Shown here piece after piece: positions 49,170 to 59,371 of a stretch of 64,000 nucleotides of DNA; positions within the stretch are counted from its first letter, which is position 1; the number at the start of each line of letters is the position of its first letter. The notes below the pieces were generated by a model. That model did no database searches and was not told where the DNA came from. It saw only the letters and a list, made by a program, of their open reading frames with translations. The translations under genes were made by a program, and so were the position numbers. Source of the stretch: Parvicellaceae bacterium (GTDB taxonomy: Bacteria; Bacteroidota; Bacteroidia; Flavobacteriales_D; Parvicellaceae); contig CBDDKM010000002.1 of NCBI GenBank assembly GCA_965230225.1, positions 224,914 to 288,913 on the forward strand. Direction: 5' to 3'.

Positions 49170-49595
49170 TTATTCCTTAAATCCAACCAGAACAGATACA
49201 CAACCCTGGAAATCCAGGTCGTGGGTACTTTCTGATTCCGGCACATGAACTGATACAATTAGCTGTTGAGTAGATGCCACTTTAAAATCAAAAATGTTGT
49301 TCTCTTTGTCAGAACTATCAAATATCACGTTCTTATCAATATCAGAAACCGTATAAGTTACGTCTCCCAATTGCTCCTGAGCACATACCAACAAACGATA
49401 GTTTTGTCCGCTGTAAAAAGTCAACATAATATCTGCTTTATCTCCGGGAAAAAGAACAGCATTGTTCAATTGTCCATTATGCACGTAAGGCTCAATTTGA
49501 GGTCGACATTTCTTCTTTGTAAATCCTCTACATTGTGCATCTGCCCCAAAAGGAATCAGTACGCACAAAATCAACAGTAGTCTAAGTGTTTTCAT
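49170..49595 (-). CDS. hypothetical secreted protein
   Basis: Signal peptide. Tightly linked (1-bp gap) to the upstream lipoprotein gene. Confidence 0.4.
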   Translation of the reverse strand: MKTLRLLLILCVLIPFGADAQCRGFTKKKCRPQIEPYVHNGQLNNAVLFPGDKADIMLTFYSGQNYRLLVCAQEQLGDVTYTVSDIDKNVIFDSSDKENNIFDFKVASTQQLIVSVHVPESESTHDLDFQGCVSVLVGFKE

Positions 49596-49596
49596 A

Positions 49597-50499
49597 CTAA
49601 TTAATAATATCGTTTCTAATCTCTGCTATCTTCTCGGTAATCTCCGTTAAAACTTCATTAGACATGTCTAGAGAAATTTTCGTGCCAATTACCATTACAC
49701 CATCTTCATCAACATTGTTTTCTCCTGGAGTTTTAGATTCTGTAATCTTATCAAACATCCCTTCAAGATCTAACAATTCGTTTCTAATATCTTCAATTAA
49801 GTCGTTATCAGGGTATGATCCTAACAACCCATTTAAATTTGCAATTGAGTACTTCTGCTCAGCAATTCTTTGTTTCAAATCTGCATTATCCGGGCTTAAT
49901 TTAGCCAACTGTGTTGACAGGTACACTCCTTCTACCCAACCACCAGCAACTATTAAAGCAGAAACGCTCTCGCGATCATCTTCCTTAAGATAAGTATCCA
50001 TTCTCCAAAATGTTTCCGAAATGATTACTTGCATAGAATCATCGTCCTCCACGTTATCTTCTATTCTCCCTACGGTATATTCGTCAAAAATCTGCTCTAA
50101 CCCTAGTTTTTTACCAAGCTTTTGTGCTGCAGATAGGTACATCATGGTTTCCGTAGTTTGATCGAAAACACTTGCGTAGTTTAAATCTGCACCAAAAACT
50201 CCCATGTTTAATGATTGTTGCGCTAGCGATTGATAATCATCAGCACTTTTAGGATTGTTCGGTAAATGGAATTCATAGCTAGCCCCTGCATCTCTCAAAA
50301 TATTGGAAGTTTCCATTGGAGATGGGATATTGAAAAATATGTTTTCAATTTTTTCGGTACGATCTTTTACTTCTTCGTCAACAGTAGTGGTATCCTGGTG
50401 ATCGATCACCACTTCTTCCTTTTGCTCTTCACCACCGCAGGAAACTAGTATAGCGGCAACTAAAAAAGAAGAAAGGAGTAATTTTATATTCATGGTCAT
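49597..50499 (-). CDS. hypothetical lipoprotein
   Basis: ILVSCGG lipobox and an acidic mature region. Confidence 0.45.
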   Translation of the reverse strand: MTMNIKLLLSSFLVAAILVSCGGEEQKEEVVIDHQDTTTVDEEVKDRTEKIENIFFNIPSPMETSNILRDAGASYEFHLPNNPKSADDYQSLAQQSLNMGVFGADLNYASVFDQTTETMMYLSAAQKLGKKLGLEQIFDEYTVGRIEDNVEDDDSMQVIISETFWRMDTYLKEDDRESVSALIVAGGWVEGVYLSTQLAKLSPDNADLKQRIAEQKYSIANLNGLLGSYPDNDLIEDIRNELLDLEGMFDKITESKTPGENNVDEDGVMVIGTKISLDMSNEVLTEITEKIAEIRNDIIN

Positions 50500-50561
50500 A
50501 ACTTTTGTATCAAATATAAGGTTTTTAGTAATGTCCGGTTCAAGTATTCTAAACTAGCGGC

Positions 50562-53360
50562 TTAATGAGCTTCTAACCAGTTGTTAGCAATTCCATATTC
50601 TACCTTCAAAGGAACCTTCAGTTTTACAGCGTTCTCCATTTTAGTGGTTACCAAATCGATTACTTCTTCTTGCTCTGTTTTATGTAAATCAAACACCAAT
50701 TCATCGTGCACCTGCAACAACATTTTGGTTTTCAAATCCCTCTTCTTTAACTCATTGTGTACATCAATCATGGCTATTTTAATGATGTCGGCCGCAGACC
50801 CCTGAATTGGTGCGTTAATCGCATTTCGCTCAGCAAATTTTCTCATGGTTGCATTGGCTGAATTGATATCTGCCAAATACCTCCTTCTTTTCTTAATGGT
50901 CTCCACGTACCCATTTTCTTTGGCTTTCTCGATACTATTATCCATAAAGCTTTTAATTCCAGGGTACTTACCAAAATAACTTTCGATGATCTCTTTGGCT
51001 TCTCCTCTCTTTATGTTTAATCGCTGAGCTAATCCAAAGGTCCCCATTCCGTAAGCAAGTCCAAAGTTTACCATCTTGGCCTTACTCCTCATTTCTCGGG
51101 TTACCTCATCCATGCTTACATCAAATACTTTAGAGGCTGTGGCTGAATGAATATCGTGTCCATCCACAAAGTCCTGGATCATTCCTGCATCCTCACTCAT
51201 GGCGGCTATAATTCTTAGCTCTATTTGAGAGTAATCTGCCGCTAGAAGGGTAAATTCATCATTTCGAGGAATAAATGCTCTTCTAATCTCTCTACCCATT
51301 GCTGTTCGAATTGGAATATTCTGAAGATTCGGGTTATTAGAACTTAATCTACCGGTTGCTGCAACCGTTTGCATAAATGTAGTATGAATGCGATTGGTTT
51401 CAGGGTTAACCAATTTTGGTAAGGCATCAACATAAGTTGACTTCAATTTCTTTTGCTGCCTGTACTCCAGTATTTTCTCAATAATATTATGCTTACCGGC
51501 TAGATTTAAAAGGGTTTGTTCGTCCGTTTTATACTGACCGGTTTTGGTTTTCTTTGCCTTCTCATCGATTTTCATCACATCGAACAGTACTTCTCCTAAC
51601 TGCTTCGGCGAATCCACGTTGAACTCAGTTCCGGCATCCGTTAAAATACCACTATGAAGAGTTTTCATGCTTTCCTCCAGCTCAGAAGAAAACTTTGATA
51701 ATGCATCAATATCCAAGTTAATCCCTTCGTGTTCCATGTGCATTAACACATTGCTCAAAGGCATTTCAATATCATGAAACAATTCTTTAATGTGATCGGC
51801 CTCTACCTTATCGGCAAATACTTCTTTCAATTGATTGGTAATATCAGCATCTTCACTGGCGTAATCAGATACTTCAGATGGAGCAAGATCTTTCATGCTC
51901 TTCTGATTTTTACCCTTTTTGCCAATAAGAGTTTCTATGGAAACAGGGCGATAGTTCAGGAACGTTTCCGAAAGGAAGTCCATGTTGTGCTTTTGATCCG
52001 GCTGGAACAAATAGTGAGCAATCATGGTATCGAATGTCTCCCCTTTTATCTCAACTCCATACCTCAACAATACCGTAGCATCAAACTTAATGTTGTGAGC
52101 CACTTTCTGGATAGATTCACTCTCAAAAACAGGCTTGAATAAAGCTACTCTAGCCATCGCTTTTTCCTTGTCTTCCGGAACCGAAACATAATACGCTTCT
52201 CCCTTTTTCCATGAAAAAGACATTCCCAATAATTCTGTTGTTTGTTTATCCAGACTACTGGTTTCCGTATCAAAACAAATGGATTTCTCCTTTAACATGG
52301 AAGCCACCAAATCATTTGCAGCTTCATCAGTTTCTATCAATTGATACTTATGATCCGTATTCTCCAATGTTTTGGCCTCTTCGGCTATCACCTCTTCCTC
52401 AACTGCAGAGCCTTCCTCAATTGGAGCTCCAAACAGATCCATCTGCCCGTTAGCCGAAACTGGTGCTGCTTTCTGAATGGTAATTTCCTCGCCAAGAATT
52501 CTCTTTGCTAAAGCTCTAAACTCCAGCTCCGAAAACAATTCTCTAATTTGATCTTTATCTGGGTCTTCCTTGATGAACAATCCTTCATCAAAATCCACTG
52601 GTGCATCCAATAAAATGGTCGCCAGTTTTTTTGAAAGTAATCCCTGTTCAGCAAAGTTGATCACGTTTTCCTTTTGCTTTCCTTTTAACTCATGGGCATG
52701 CTCAATTAATCCTTCTACACTTCCGTATTGCTTGATTAACTTCTTGGAAGTCTTTTCTCCAATTCCCGGTATCCCCGGAATGTTATCTGCTGCATCTCCC
52801 CACAGTCCTAAAATATCAATTACCTGTAGTGGGTGTTCCACCTCAAATTTCTCACACACTTCTTCCACTCCCCAAATCTCACGTGGTTTTCCACTTCTAC
52901 CTGGGCGATACATAAAAATGTTTTCAGAAACCAACTGACCAAAATCCTTATCAGGGGTCATCATATAGGTAATGTATCCTTCCTTCTCTGCTTGTTTAGC
53001 CAGGGTTCCTATCACATCATCTGCCTCGTATCCCTCTGCTTGCAGAGTTGGAATATTCAAAGCTTCACAAAGTCTTTTGATGTACGGAATTGCAATTCGG
53101 ATATCCTCCGGCATCTCTTCTCTATGTGCTTTGTACTCTACATATTCCTCGTTCCTTACACTTCCGCCCGGTGCATCAAACACCATGGCAATGTGAGTGG
53201 GTTTTTCTTTCTGGAGAACATCCAAAATAGTCATGGCCACTCCAAAAATGGCGGAGGTGTTCATTCCTTTAGAATTAATACGAGGTGTACGAATAAATGC
53301 AAAGTGCGATCGGTAAATCAATGCAAATGCATCCAATAAAAAGAGTTTCTTTTTTTCCAT
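50562..53360 (-). CDS. polA: DNA polymerase I
   Basis: 5'-3' exonuclease N-terminus (KLFLLDAFALIYRSHFAF), a 3'-5' exo-like middle region, and polymerase motifs A and B (DYSQIELR, RRAFIP..., KMVNFGLAYG, HDELVFD). Confidence 0.95.
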   Translation of the reverse strand: MEKKKLFLLDAFALIYRSHFAFIRTPRINSKGMNTSAIFGVAMTILDVLQKEKPTHIAMVFDAPGGSVRNEEYVEYKAHREEMPEDIRIAIPYIKRLCEALNIPTLQAEGYEADDVIGTLAKQAEKEGYITYMMTPDKDFGQLVSENIFMYRPGRSGKPREIWGVEEVCEKFEVEHPLQVIDILGLWGDAADNIPGIPGIGEKTSKKLIKQYGSVEGLIEHAHELKGKQKENVINFAEQGLLSKKLATILLDAPVDFDEGLFIKEDPDKDQIRELFSELEFRALAKRILGEEITIQKAAPVSANGQMDLFGAPIEEGSAVEEEVIAEEAKTLENTDHKYQLIETDEAANDLVASMLKEKSICFDTETSSLDKQTTELLGMSFSWKKGEAYYVSVPEDKEKAMARVALFKPVFESESIQKVAHNIKFDATVLLRYGVEIKGETFDTMIAHYLFQPDQKHNMDFLSETFLNYRPVSIETLIGKKGKNQKSMKDLAPSEVSDYASEDADITNQLKEVFADKVEADHIKELFHDIEMPLSNVLMHMEHEGINLDIDALSKFSSELEESMKTLHSGILTDAGTEFNVDSPKQLGEVLFDVMKIDEKAKKTKTGQYKTDEQTLLNLAGKHNIIEKILEYRQQKKLKSTYVDALPKLVNPETNRIHTTFMQTVAATGRLSSNNPNLQNIPIRTAMGREIRRAFIPRNDEFTLLAADYSQIELRIIAAMSEDAGMIQDFVDGHDIHSATASKVFDVSMDEVTREMRSKAKMVNFGLAYGMGTFGLAQRLNIKRGEAKEIIESYFGKYPGIKSFMDNSIEKAKENGYVETIKKRRRYLADINSANATMRKFAERNAINAPIQGSAADIIKIAMIDVHNELKKRDLKTKMLLQVHDELVFDLHKTEQEEVIDLVTTKMENAVKLKVPLKVEYGIANNWLEAH

Positions 53361-53397
53361 AATATCTATAACCTGCTAAACGGCAGGCTTGAGTGAA

Positions 53398-54426
53398 TTA
53401 TAATTGCTTATAAACAACATACAACACGGTTTGCCCAACTGCTTTTAAAGTTTCGGCATCTATAATATCCATGTTATCTTTATGTGTGTGATGAAAATGA
53501 CCAAAATCAAAATTTGCATGTCCTGCATTACTACTTGGCCCATAGTGAACAATATCTAAAGTTGGTATACCTGCTATTTGGTTCACATAAGTATGATCAT
53601 CTGTAATTCCAGGAGCAAGCTTCTTTACAAAGTATTTTCCATACCCCAGATTTTCTGCTACTTTCCAAATGGTATTTACTTGCTGTGGAGCATATTTCAT
53701 AGAGTAACCCTCCTTATAAAATACTGCATCCTTGGCACCTACCATATCCATTAAAATCCCATATCGTGGGTTGTATCCTTTTATTGGTTGGTTTCTAGAC
53801 CAGTACTGAGATCCTAAACACCAGGTATCTGCAGTAGAAGCAATGTCCAACATCCCTCCCACAGAAACACTTCCGTAATCTTCCGTATCAAACAGAATAA
53901 TGTCTACACCTGTTTTAGGGTCGCTTAAGCTGATTTGTCTTGCTATTTCCAATAATACCCCCACTTCGCTGGCTCCATCGTTGGCTCCCAAAATTGGTTT
54001 GGTTTGTCGTTCTGTATCCCTATCGGCATAAGGCCTGGTATCCCAGTGCCCGCACAACATAATTCGATTGGTCATTTCCGGGTTATACTGAGCAATGATG
54101 TTTTGAATGTTTAGCATTTTTCCCATCCAGGCTTTTGCTTGCCCTTCTTGTACCATCACCTCAAATCCATAACCTTCCAGCTTACTCACTAACCATTTCC
54201 CACAACTATCGTGCTGAGGAGTATTGGGAACTCTAGGCCCAAAATCTACCTGTTTTTGAACAAATGCATAAGCAGAATCCTTATTGAAATCCGGAACTGC
54301 TACAGTTGGTTCTTCCACATGTTCCTTTTCCCCTTTATTAGGATCTGTAGTTACATTGGGTTCTTCTTCCGGCCCACATCCAATTAGCAGCATGGAACAC
54401 ATTACTATTCCTATGGTTTTTCTCAT
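53398..54426 (-). CDS. M28-fold lipoprotein, glutaminyl-peptide cyclotransferase-like or aminopeptidase
   Basis: LIGCG lipobox and M28-type metal-ligand blocks (LCGHWDTRPYAD, GANDGASEVGVLLEIAR, IILFDTEDYG, HTHKDNMDIID). The lipoprotein M28 fold is what Bacteroidota use for T9SS-cargo pyroglutamate formation, but it could be a plain aminopeptidase. Confidence 0.55.
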   Translation of the reverse strand: MRKTIGIVMCSMLLIGCGPEEEPNVTTDPNKGEKEHVEEPTVAVPDFNKDSAYAFVQKQVDFGPRVPNTPQHDSCGKWLVSKLEGYGFEVMVQEGQAKAWMGKMLNIQNIIAQYNPEMTNRIMLCGHWDTRPYADRDTERQTKPILGANDGASEVGVLLEIARQISLSDPKTGVDIILFDTEDYGSVSVGGMLDIASTADTWCLGSQYWSRNQPIKGYNPRYGILMDMVGAKDAVFYKEGYSMKYAPQQVNTIWKVAENLGYGKYFVKKLAPGITDDHTYVNQIAGIPTLDIVHYGPSSNAGHANFDFGHFHHTHKDNMDIIDAETLKAVGQTVLYVVYKQL

Positions 54427-54507
54427 TATATCCAGGTTTTTCTATTGTATAAGTACAATAAAACCAAAAATAAAAAAGGTTCAACAGAATGGGGTACGTT
54501 TTGATAC

Positions 54508-55404
54508 TTATTTTCGATTGATCACCAAAACACCAACAATCAAAGTAAGCATTCCCAGTAACTGAATGGGTGAAACTTCTTCTCCATAGAAAATGCCAAG
54601 CAATATAGCCACTACCGGTATAAAATAAGTTACAGAAGAGGCAAATACAGCGGAGCTCAATTTGATCATATTATTGAACATCAATACTGCCAGAGCTGTA
54701 CCCAAAACCGCTAAAACCGCTACAGCACCAACTCCTTCGTAAATGTTTGGTTGTGTACTTAGTCGGGTAAAGAAATCTGTAAACGCCAGATAAATCATAC
54801 AGAAAGGACCAACAAAGGCAAATGAAATGGTGGTAATGGCTTTAGAATCCACCTCTCCCAACTTGTATTTAATTACATTAAGACTCGTAGCATAACACAT
54901 GGTAGCAGCTACAACCATCAACAATGCCGGAACATCCTCCTTCGAAAACTGCACTCCAAAAAGCTTGTTGTATACAATTAAAACGGCTCCACCTACCCCT
55001 ATGGTAATCCCAATTATATGATTGGTTTTAATTTTAAATTTAAAGATAATGGCAGCTATCAGTATGGTGAATAAAGGAACCAGGGAATTCAACATCCCGG
55101 TAATGGAGCTGTTTAACCTCGACTCAGCATAAGCAAACAAAAAGGCTGGTAATCCATTTCCGAATACACCAGACATGATTAGGAAAATGATGTGCTTACG
55201 CTTAACCAACTTAATGGATTTTATTAGAAACGGAGTTAGAGCCAGAAAGGCAAAGCTCATTCTTAATGCCCCCAACTGTTCTGCGGGTAATCGCTGATTT
55301 CCATCACGATCTTCCAGAGCAATTTTAATCAACAAATAGGAAGCTCCCCAAATAATGGACAGGACAACTAAATAAATCCACGCTTTGACTTTTTCCTTTT
55401 TCAC
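54508..55404 (-). CDS. DMT-superfamily (EamA-like) transporter
   Basis: Ten predicted TM helices in two repeated halves, as in EamA. Confidence 0.75.
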   Translation of the reverse strand: MKKEKVKAWIYLVVLSIIWGASYLLIKIALEDRDGNQRLPAEQLGALRMSFAFLALTPFLIKSIKLVKRKHIIFLIMSGVFGNGLPAFLFAYAESRLNSSITGMLNSLVPLFTILIAAIIFKFKIKTNHIIGITIGVGGAVLIVYNKLFGVQFSKEDVPALLMVVAATMCYATSLNVIKYKLGEVDSKAITTISFAFVGPFCMIYLAFTDFFTRLSTQPNIYEGVGAVAVLAVLGTALAVLMFNNMIKLSSAVFASSVTYFIPVVAILLGIFYGEEVSPIQLLGMLTLIVGVLVINRK

Positions 55405-55526
55405 GCTGCGAAGGTAGAATTATCCCTTTGATTATGAATAGCAGTTATAAGATTGTTAAAATTATATGACATTCAGACTTTAGAATTTTTCTTTTGTACA
55501 TTTGCTCCCCTCATAAACTTAACACT

Positions 55527-55985
55527 ATGACTATAAGAACTTTACCCCTAATTCTTGCTTTCGGATTGTTATTAACCAATTCATGCGGCAACTCAGAAAA
55601 AAATGATTCTGCATCTACAGAAATCACTACCAACTCCAATTGCAAACTTGCCATTGAGGGTATGATGTGTGAAAAAGGATGTAAATCTACTATCGAATCC
55701 AGAGTTTCCGAAAAAGAAGGTGTTACTGAGTGCAAAGTGGACTACGAGGCAAAAACTGCTTCAATCGATTACGATAATTCCGTTACCTCTTGCGATGATA
55801 TTATCGAAACCATTAATACCATGGTGGATGGTCAGTACAAGGCTACATTAATTGAGAAGAAAAACGTAACTCCAGATGCAGCTAACGATGATATGGAGCA
55901 ATCTGGAGCTGATGACGAAATGAGTGTTTCTAATTATGACTTAGACTTACCAAGTTTAACTGATGCATTTACCAACTTGATTTAA
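55527..55985 (+). CDS. heavy-metal-associated (HMA) domain lipoprotein
   Basis: Lipobox LTNSCGN. AIEGMMCEKGCKSTIE is the M-x-C-x-x-C HMA metal-binding motif. The start was set at the internal ATG (MTIRTLPL...). Confidence 0.6.
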   Translation: MTIRTLPLILAFGLLLTNSCGNSEKNDSASTEITTNSNCKLAIEGMMCEKGCKSTIESRVSEKEGVTECKVDYEAKTASIDYDNSVTSCDDIIETINTMVDGQYKATLIEKKNVTPDAANDDMEQSGADDEMSVSNYDLDLPSLTDAFTNLI

Positions 55986-56002
55986 AAATACTTTACTCCA
56001 TA

Positions 56003-56036
56003 AAAAAAGGCTCTGACATAAATCAGAGCCTTTTTT
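56003..56036. terminator. bidirectional rho-independent terminator (ggctctga-cataaa-tcagagcc flanked by A7 and T6)
   Basis: Perfect 8-bp stem between the convergent genes ending at 55985 (+) and 56055 (-). Confidence 0.75.
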
Positions 56037-56054
56037 GTTTATAGTGCTGTTCTA

Positions 56055-57845
56055 TTAATCTTCAACTGGTGCTGACTCTCCGCTTTCTATCTTAGCAGCT
56101 GTAGCTTCTACCTCTTCCTGAGTCATCTCCTTAATGTACACTTTAGAGAAATCCATGTACTCCATAGCATTGTAGTAGAAGTTTCTTACTTCTGAGTGAT
56201 ACAGTGTATAGTTCTCCTGATACCAAAGAATCATTAATGGAGAATCTTCCATCATAATTCTTTCTGCCTCAGCAAACAAATTATAGCGTTCTGTTTGGTT
56301 AGCTGTTTTTCTTCCCTGTAAGTACAGAGAATCAAAAGCAGCGCTTGTATATCTCATCGTGTTAGGGTGAGAAGGCTCATCCATAGATTCAGGAACCTCT
56401 CCTCCGTAGCAAATGCTCAAGAAAGACTCAGGCGATGGGTAATCAGCTACCCATGCAGAACGGAACATTTCAGATTTACCATACTTAGAGTGTTCAACCT
56501 TATCCGCAAAGCTTACTGTTTCAACGTTAATGTTAATACCTAATGTATTCGAAAGTTGACGTTGAATCTCGCTAGCCACTAATTTGTGAACGTTACCTCC
56601 TCGGTTAACCTCTAAACGAATGGATGGGAAGTTCTTTCCTTCAGGATACCCTGCTTCAGCCAATAATTGACGAGCCAATTCCGGGTTATATTCATACCCT
56701 TGAATTTTGTTGTAATCGTATCCTTTGAAACTTCTAATTTTAGGAGTGATCCCTTTATTTCCAACTGTTCCTTGTCCGTTTAATACGTTGTTCAACAACT
56801 TCTCTCTGTTAATTGCATAGTTAAATGCCTGACGAACCTTTATGTTGTTGAATGGCTCCATTCTTACGTTAAACTCATAATACTGAGTAGACATTTCCGG
56901 CTCTCTAACCAAAATTGTTTTTGGAGGCTTATTCTTAAAGTTCGCAATATTCTCAGCTACTACCTCAGCAATTCTGGAAGTTGGTAATCCGTGAAGAACA
57001 GATAAATCTTTTGTTCTAAACATTTCTAACTCCGCTTCTTTAGTAGGCACATAGTGGAAATTAACACTGTCTAAATAAGGCAATCTGTTTCCTTCCTCAT
57101 CTACCATGTAGTAGTTTGGGTTATACGCTAAGTACAAGTTCTCATCAGTATCTTTTTCTTTGATATAAACAAAAGCACCTGCACCAACGGTAACAGCTTT
57201 ACCATATTTATCGAATCCTTCTTTAGGAAGTACTACAGAGTTTGGAAGTGCTAAAGCATAAATAAATGATGACTGAGGTTCGATCACTGTAATTTCAAGT
57301 GTGTGATCATCAATTACTTTAATTCCTGAAATTTCATCTGCTTTTCCTTCGATATAATCGTTAGCTCCAACAACTTTGTCTTTAAACAAGTGAAGTACCT
57401 GACTGTACTCTGGGTTCATTAGTAACTCGAAAGAAAATTTAAAATCTCCTGCCGTTACCTTTCTTCCTTTTCCATCAGCGAAGCAAGGATCGTCATGAAA
57501 AAATACGTTATCTCTTAATTCAAAAGTGTAAATGGTTTGATCATCGCTAATTTTCCAGTCTTTGGCAATGGCTGGTAAGATGGATAAATCTTTTGAATCA
57601 AATTTTAATAACCCATCATGGATTTGAGAAATTATTTTAGACGAAAATGCATCAACCACATCCGGCGGAAACAAACTCACATATCGATCATTATCAGATA
57701 TTTTTAGGGTATTTCCATAAACAACGGTAGAACCTTTCGCTACCCTCTCATGATTTCCATCAGCCTCATTACCAGCAGCTTCCTCCGAACCTCCGCAAGA
57801 AACTAATGCCAGTGCCAAAATTAAAGCTCCGAAAAATTTAGTCAT
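56055..57845 (-). CDS. ABC transporter substrate-binding lipoprotein, family 5 (peptide/nickel type)
   Basis: LVSCGG lipobox. Size and overall pattern fit SBP_bac_5 (DppA/OppA-like). Confidence 0.7.
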   Translation of the reverse strand: MTKFFGALILALALVSCGGSEEAAGNEADGNHERVAKGSTVVYGNTLKISDNDRYVSLFPPDVVDAFSSKIISQIHDGLLKFDSKDLSILPAIAKDWKISDDQTIYTFELRDNVFFHDDPCFADGKGRKVTAGDFKFSFELLMNPEYSQVLHLFKDKVVGANDYIEGKADEISGIKVIDDHTLEITVIEPQSSFIYALALPNSVVLPKEGFDKYGKAVTVGAGAFVYIKEKDTDENLYLAYNPNYYMVDEEGNRLPYLDSVNFHYVPTKEAELEMFRTKDLSVLHGLPTSRIAEVVAENIANFKNKPPKTILVREPEMSTQYYEFNVRMEPFNNIKVRQAFNYAINREKLLNNVLNGQGTVGNKGITPKIRSFKGYDYNKIQGYEYNPELARQLLAEAGYPEGKNFPSIRLEVNRGGNVHKLVASEIQRQLSNTLGININVETVSFADKVEHSKYGKSEMFRSAWVADYPSPESFLSICYGGEVPESMDEPSHPNTMRYTSAAFDSLYLQGRKTANQTERYNLFAEAERIMMEDSPLMILWYQENYTLYHSEVRNFYYNAMEYMDFSKVYIKEMTQEEVEATAAKIESGESAPVED

Positions 57846-57983
57846 AATAAATTTGTGTTTATAATCGAAATTATACTTCTAGATACAACTTACAAGGATA
57901 CGTACTTAAATTAATATAACAAAAGAATAATTTAACTCTCTATATTTTTATCTCATTTATCTAAAAAAAAAGATAATTAATCG

Positions 57984-57991
57984 TAATTTTG
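57984..57991 (+). promoter_or_regulatory. candidate Bacteroidota sigma-A -7 element (TAATTTTG, matching TAnnTTTG)
   Basis: Exact match to the Bacteroidota -7 consensus in the AT-rich 250-bp gap upstream of the ORF at 58099. Distance to the start is ~108 nt. Confidence 0.25.
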
Positions 57992-58098
57992 GCTGGTGTA
58001 AAACGAGCAAAAAAGAGTTATTTTATTTTGATTTTTGTAAAATAGCTTTTATTATTGCGCTTTCAAAGTAAGAATGTTTACTAGGTTAATTGTAGATA

Positions 58099-58896
58099 AT
58101 GAATAGATTATTACTTATAGGACTTTTCTTGTTATCCGTTGTAGCCAACGCGCAGAACAACGAAACAAGTATTATACATGAAGGGCACTACCAGGGGAAG
58201 AACCTTTATGTTCAAAATCCATTTGCCGGATCCGGAGTTGGATTTTGTGTAATTAAAGTTACTGTGAATGGCGATGTTACTACCGATCAGATTAGTTCTA
58301 GTGCATTCGAAATTGACTTTACTAACCTTAACTTAAGTGTTGGGGACCCTGTAACGGTTAAGATTTTTCACAAGTTGGATTGTCTTCCAAAAGTATTGAA
58401 CCCTGAGGTATTACGTCCTAGAAGTACTTTCGAAACAGTTAGTATCAATGTTGACGATAGTAAAATCCTTAAGTGGAAAACAACTGGTGAGCAAGGAAAA
58501 CTGACTTACATTGTTGAGCAATACAGATGGAACAAATGGATCAAAGTTGGAGAAGTTGACGGTGTAGGTACCGCTGGTGAGAACAACTACGAGTTTACCA
58601 TTACTCCACACTCGGGAGAAAACAAATTCAGAGTTAAACAAGTGGATTACACTGGTAGACCAAGAATTTCTCCTAACACTAAATATATCGACTCTAGTAT
58701 TCCTGAAGTGGAAATCTTATCTGATAAGAGTAAGACCCTGGAATTCTCTGGAGAGACATTATTTGAAATCTTCGATACCTTTGGAAACTTAGTTAAGAAA
58801 GGATTCGGACAAAACATTAACGTTGACAACCTTAAGAAAGGATTATACTACGTTAACTTCGATGCCACTACCGGACAGGTATGGAACAAAAAATAA
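58099..58896 (+). CDS. hypothetical secreted protein
   Basis: Signal peptide. No clear CTD or catalytic motif. Followed by a strong terminator. Confidence 0.45.
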   Translation: MNRLLLIGLFLLSVVANAQNNETSIIHEGHYQGKNLYVQNPFAGSGVGFCVIKVTVNGDVTTDQISSSAFEIDFTNLNLSVGDPVTVKIFHKLDCLPKVLNPEVLRPRSTFETVSINVDDSKILKWKTTGEQGKLTYIVEQYRWNKWIKVGEVDGVGTAGENNYEFTITPHSGENKFRVKQVDYTGRPRISPNTKYIDSSIPEVEILSDKSKTLEFSGETLFEIFDTFGNLVKKGFGQNINVDNLKKGLYYVNFDATTGQVWNKK

Positions 58897-58920
58897 AAAA
58901 CACATTCTAATTATATCAAA

Positions 58921-58952
58921 ATCCTTTCAGTTCGCTGAAGGGATTTTTTTTT
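58921..58952 (+). terminator. rho-independent terminator (atcctttcag-ttcg-ctgaagggat + T9)
   Basis: 10-bp stem (one G-U), a TTCG tetraloop and a 9-T run, 25 nt after the stop at 58896. Confidence 0.8.
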
Positions 58953-58963
58953 GCCAAACACAC

Positions 58964-59365
58964 ATGAAAAAGATTGAACACTTAGGAATTGCGGTTAAAG
59001 ATTTACAAGCTGGTAACGAACTTTACACTAAGCTACTTGGCGTTGAACCATACAAAATGGAAGAAGTAGAATCTGAGGGAGTGAAGACTTCATTCTTTCA
59101 AATTGGCGAAAGTAAAATTGAACTACTAGAAGCCTCCAATCCTAATAGCCCAATTGCTAAGTTCATAGAAAAACGTGGAGAAGGTATTCACCACATTGCG
59201 TTCGAAGTAGAAGATATTGAAGCCGAAATAGAACGATTAAAAGGAGAAGGGATGGTAATGATTCACGAATCACCTAAAGATGGGGCCGACAATAAAAGAA
59301 TTGCCTTTTTACATCCAAAAAGCACAGGAGGTGTACTTATCGAATTATGCCAGGATAAAGGCTAA
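58964..59365 (+). CDS. mce: methylmalonyl-CoA epimerase (VOC/glyoxalase-fold)
   Basis: MKKIEHLGIAVKDL...KIELLEA...GEGIHHIAFEVEDIEAE...GGVLIELCQ is the MCE/VOC pattern. The start is at the internal ATG; the upstream part of the track ORF spans the terminator. Confidence 0.7.
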   Translation: MKKIEHLGIAVKDLQAGNELYTKLLGVEPYKMEEVESEGVKTSFFQIGESKIELLEASNPNSPIAKFIEKRGEGIHHIAFEVEDIEAEIERLKGEGMVMIHESPKDGADNKRIAFLHPKSTGGVLIELCQDKG

Positions 59366-59371
59366 CTCTTT

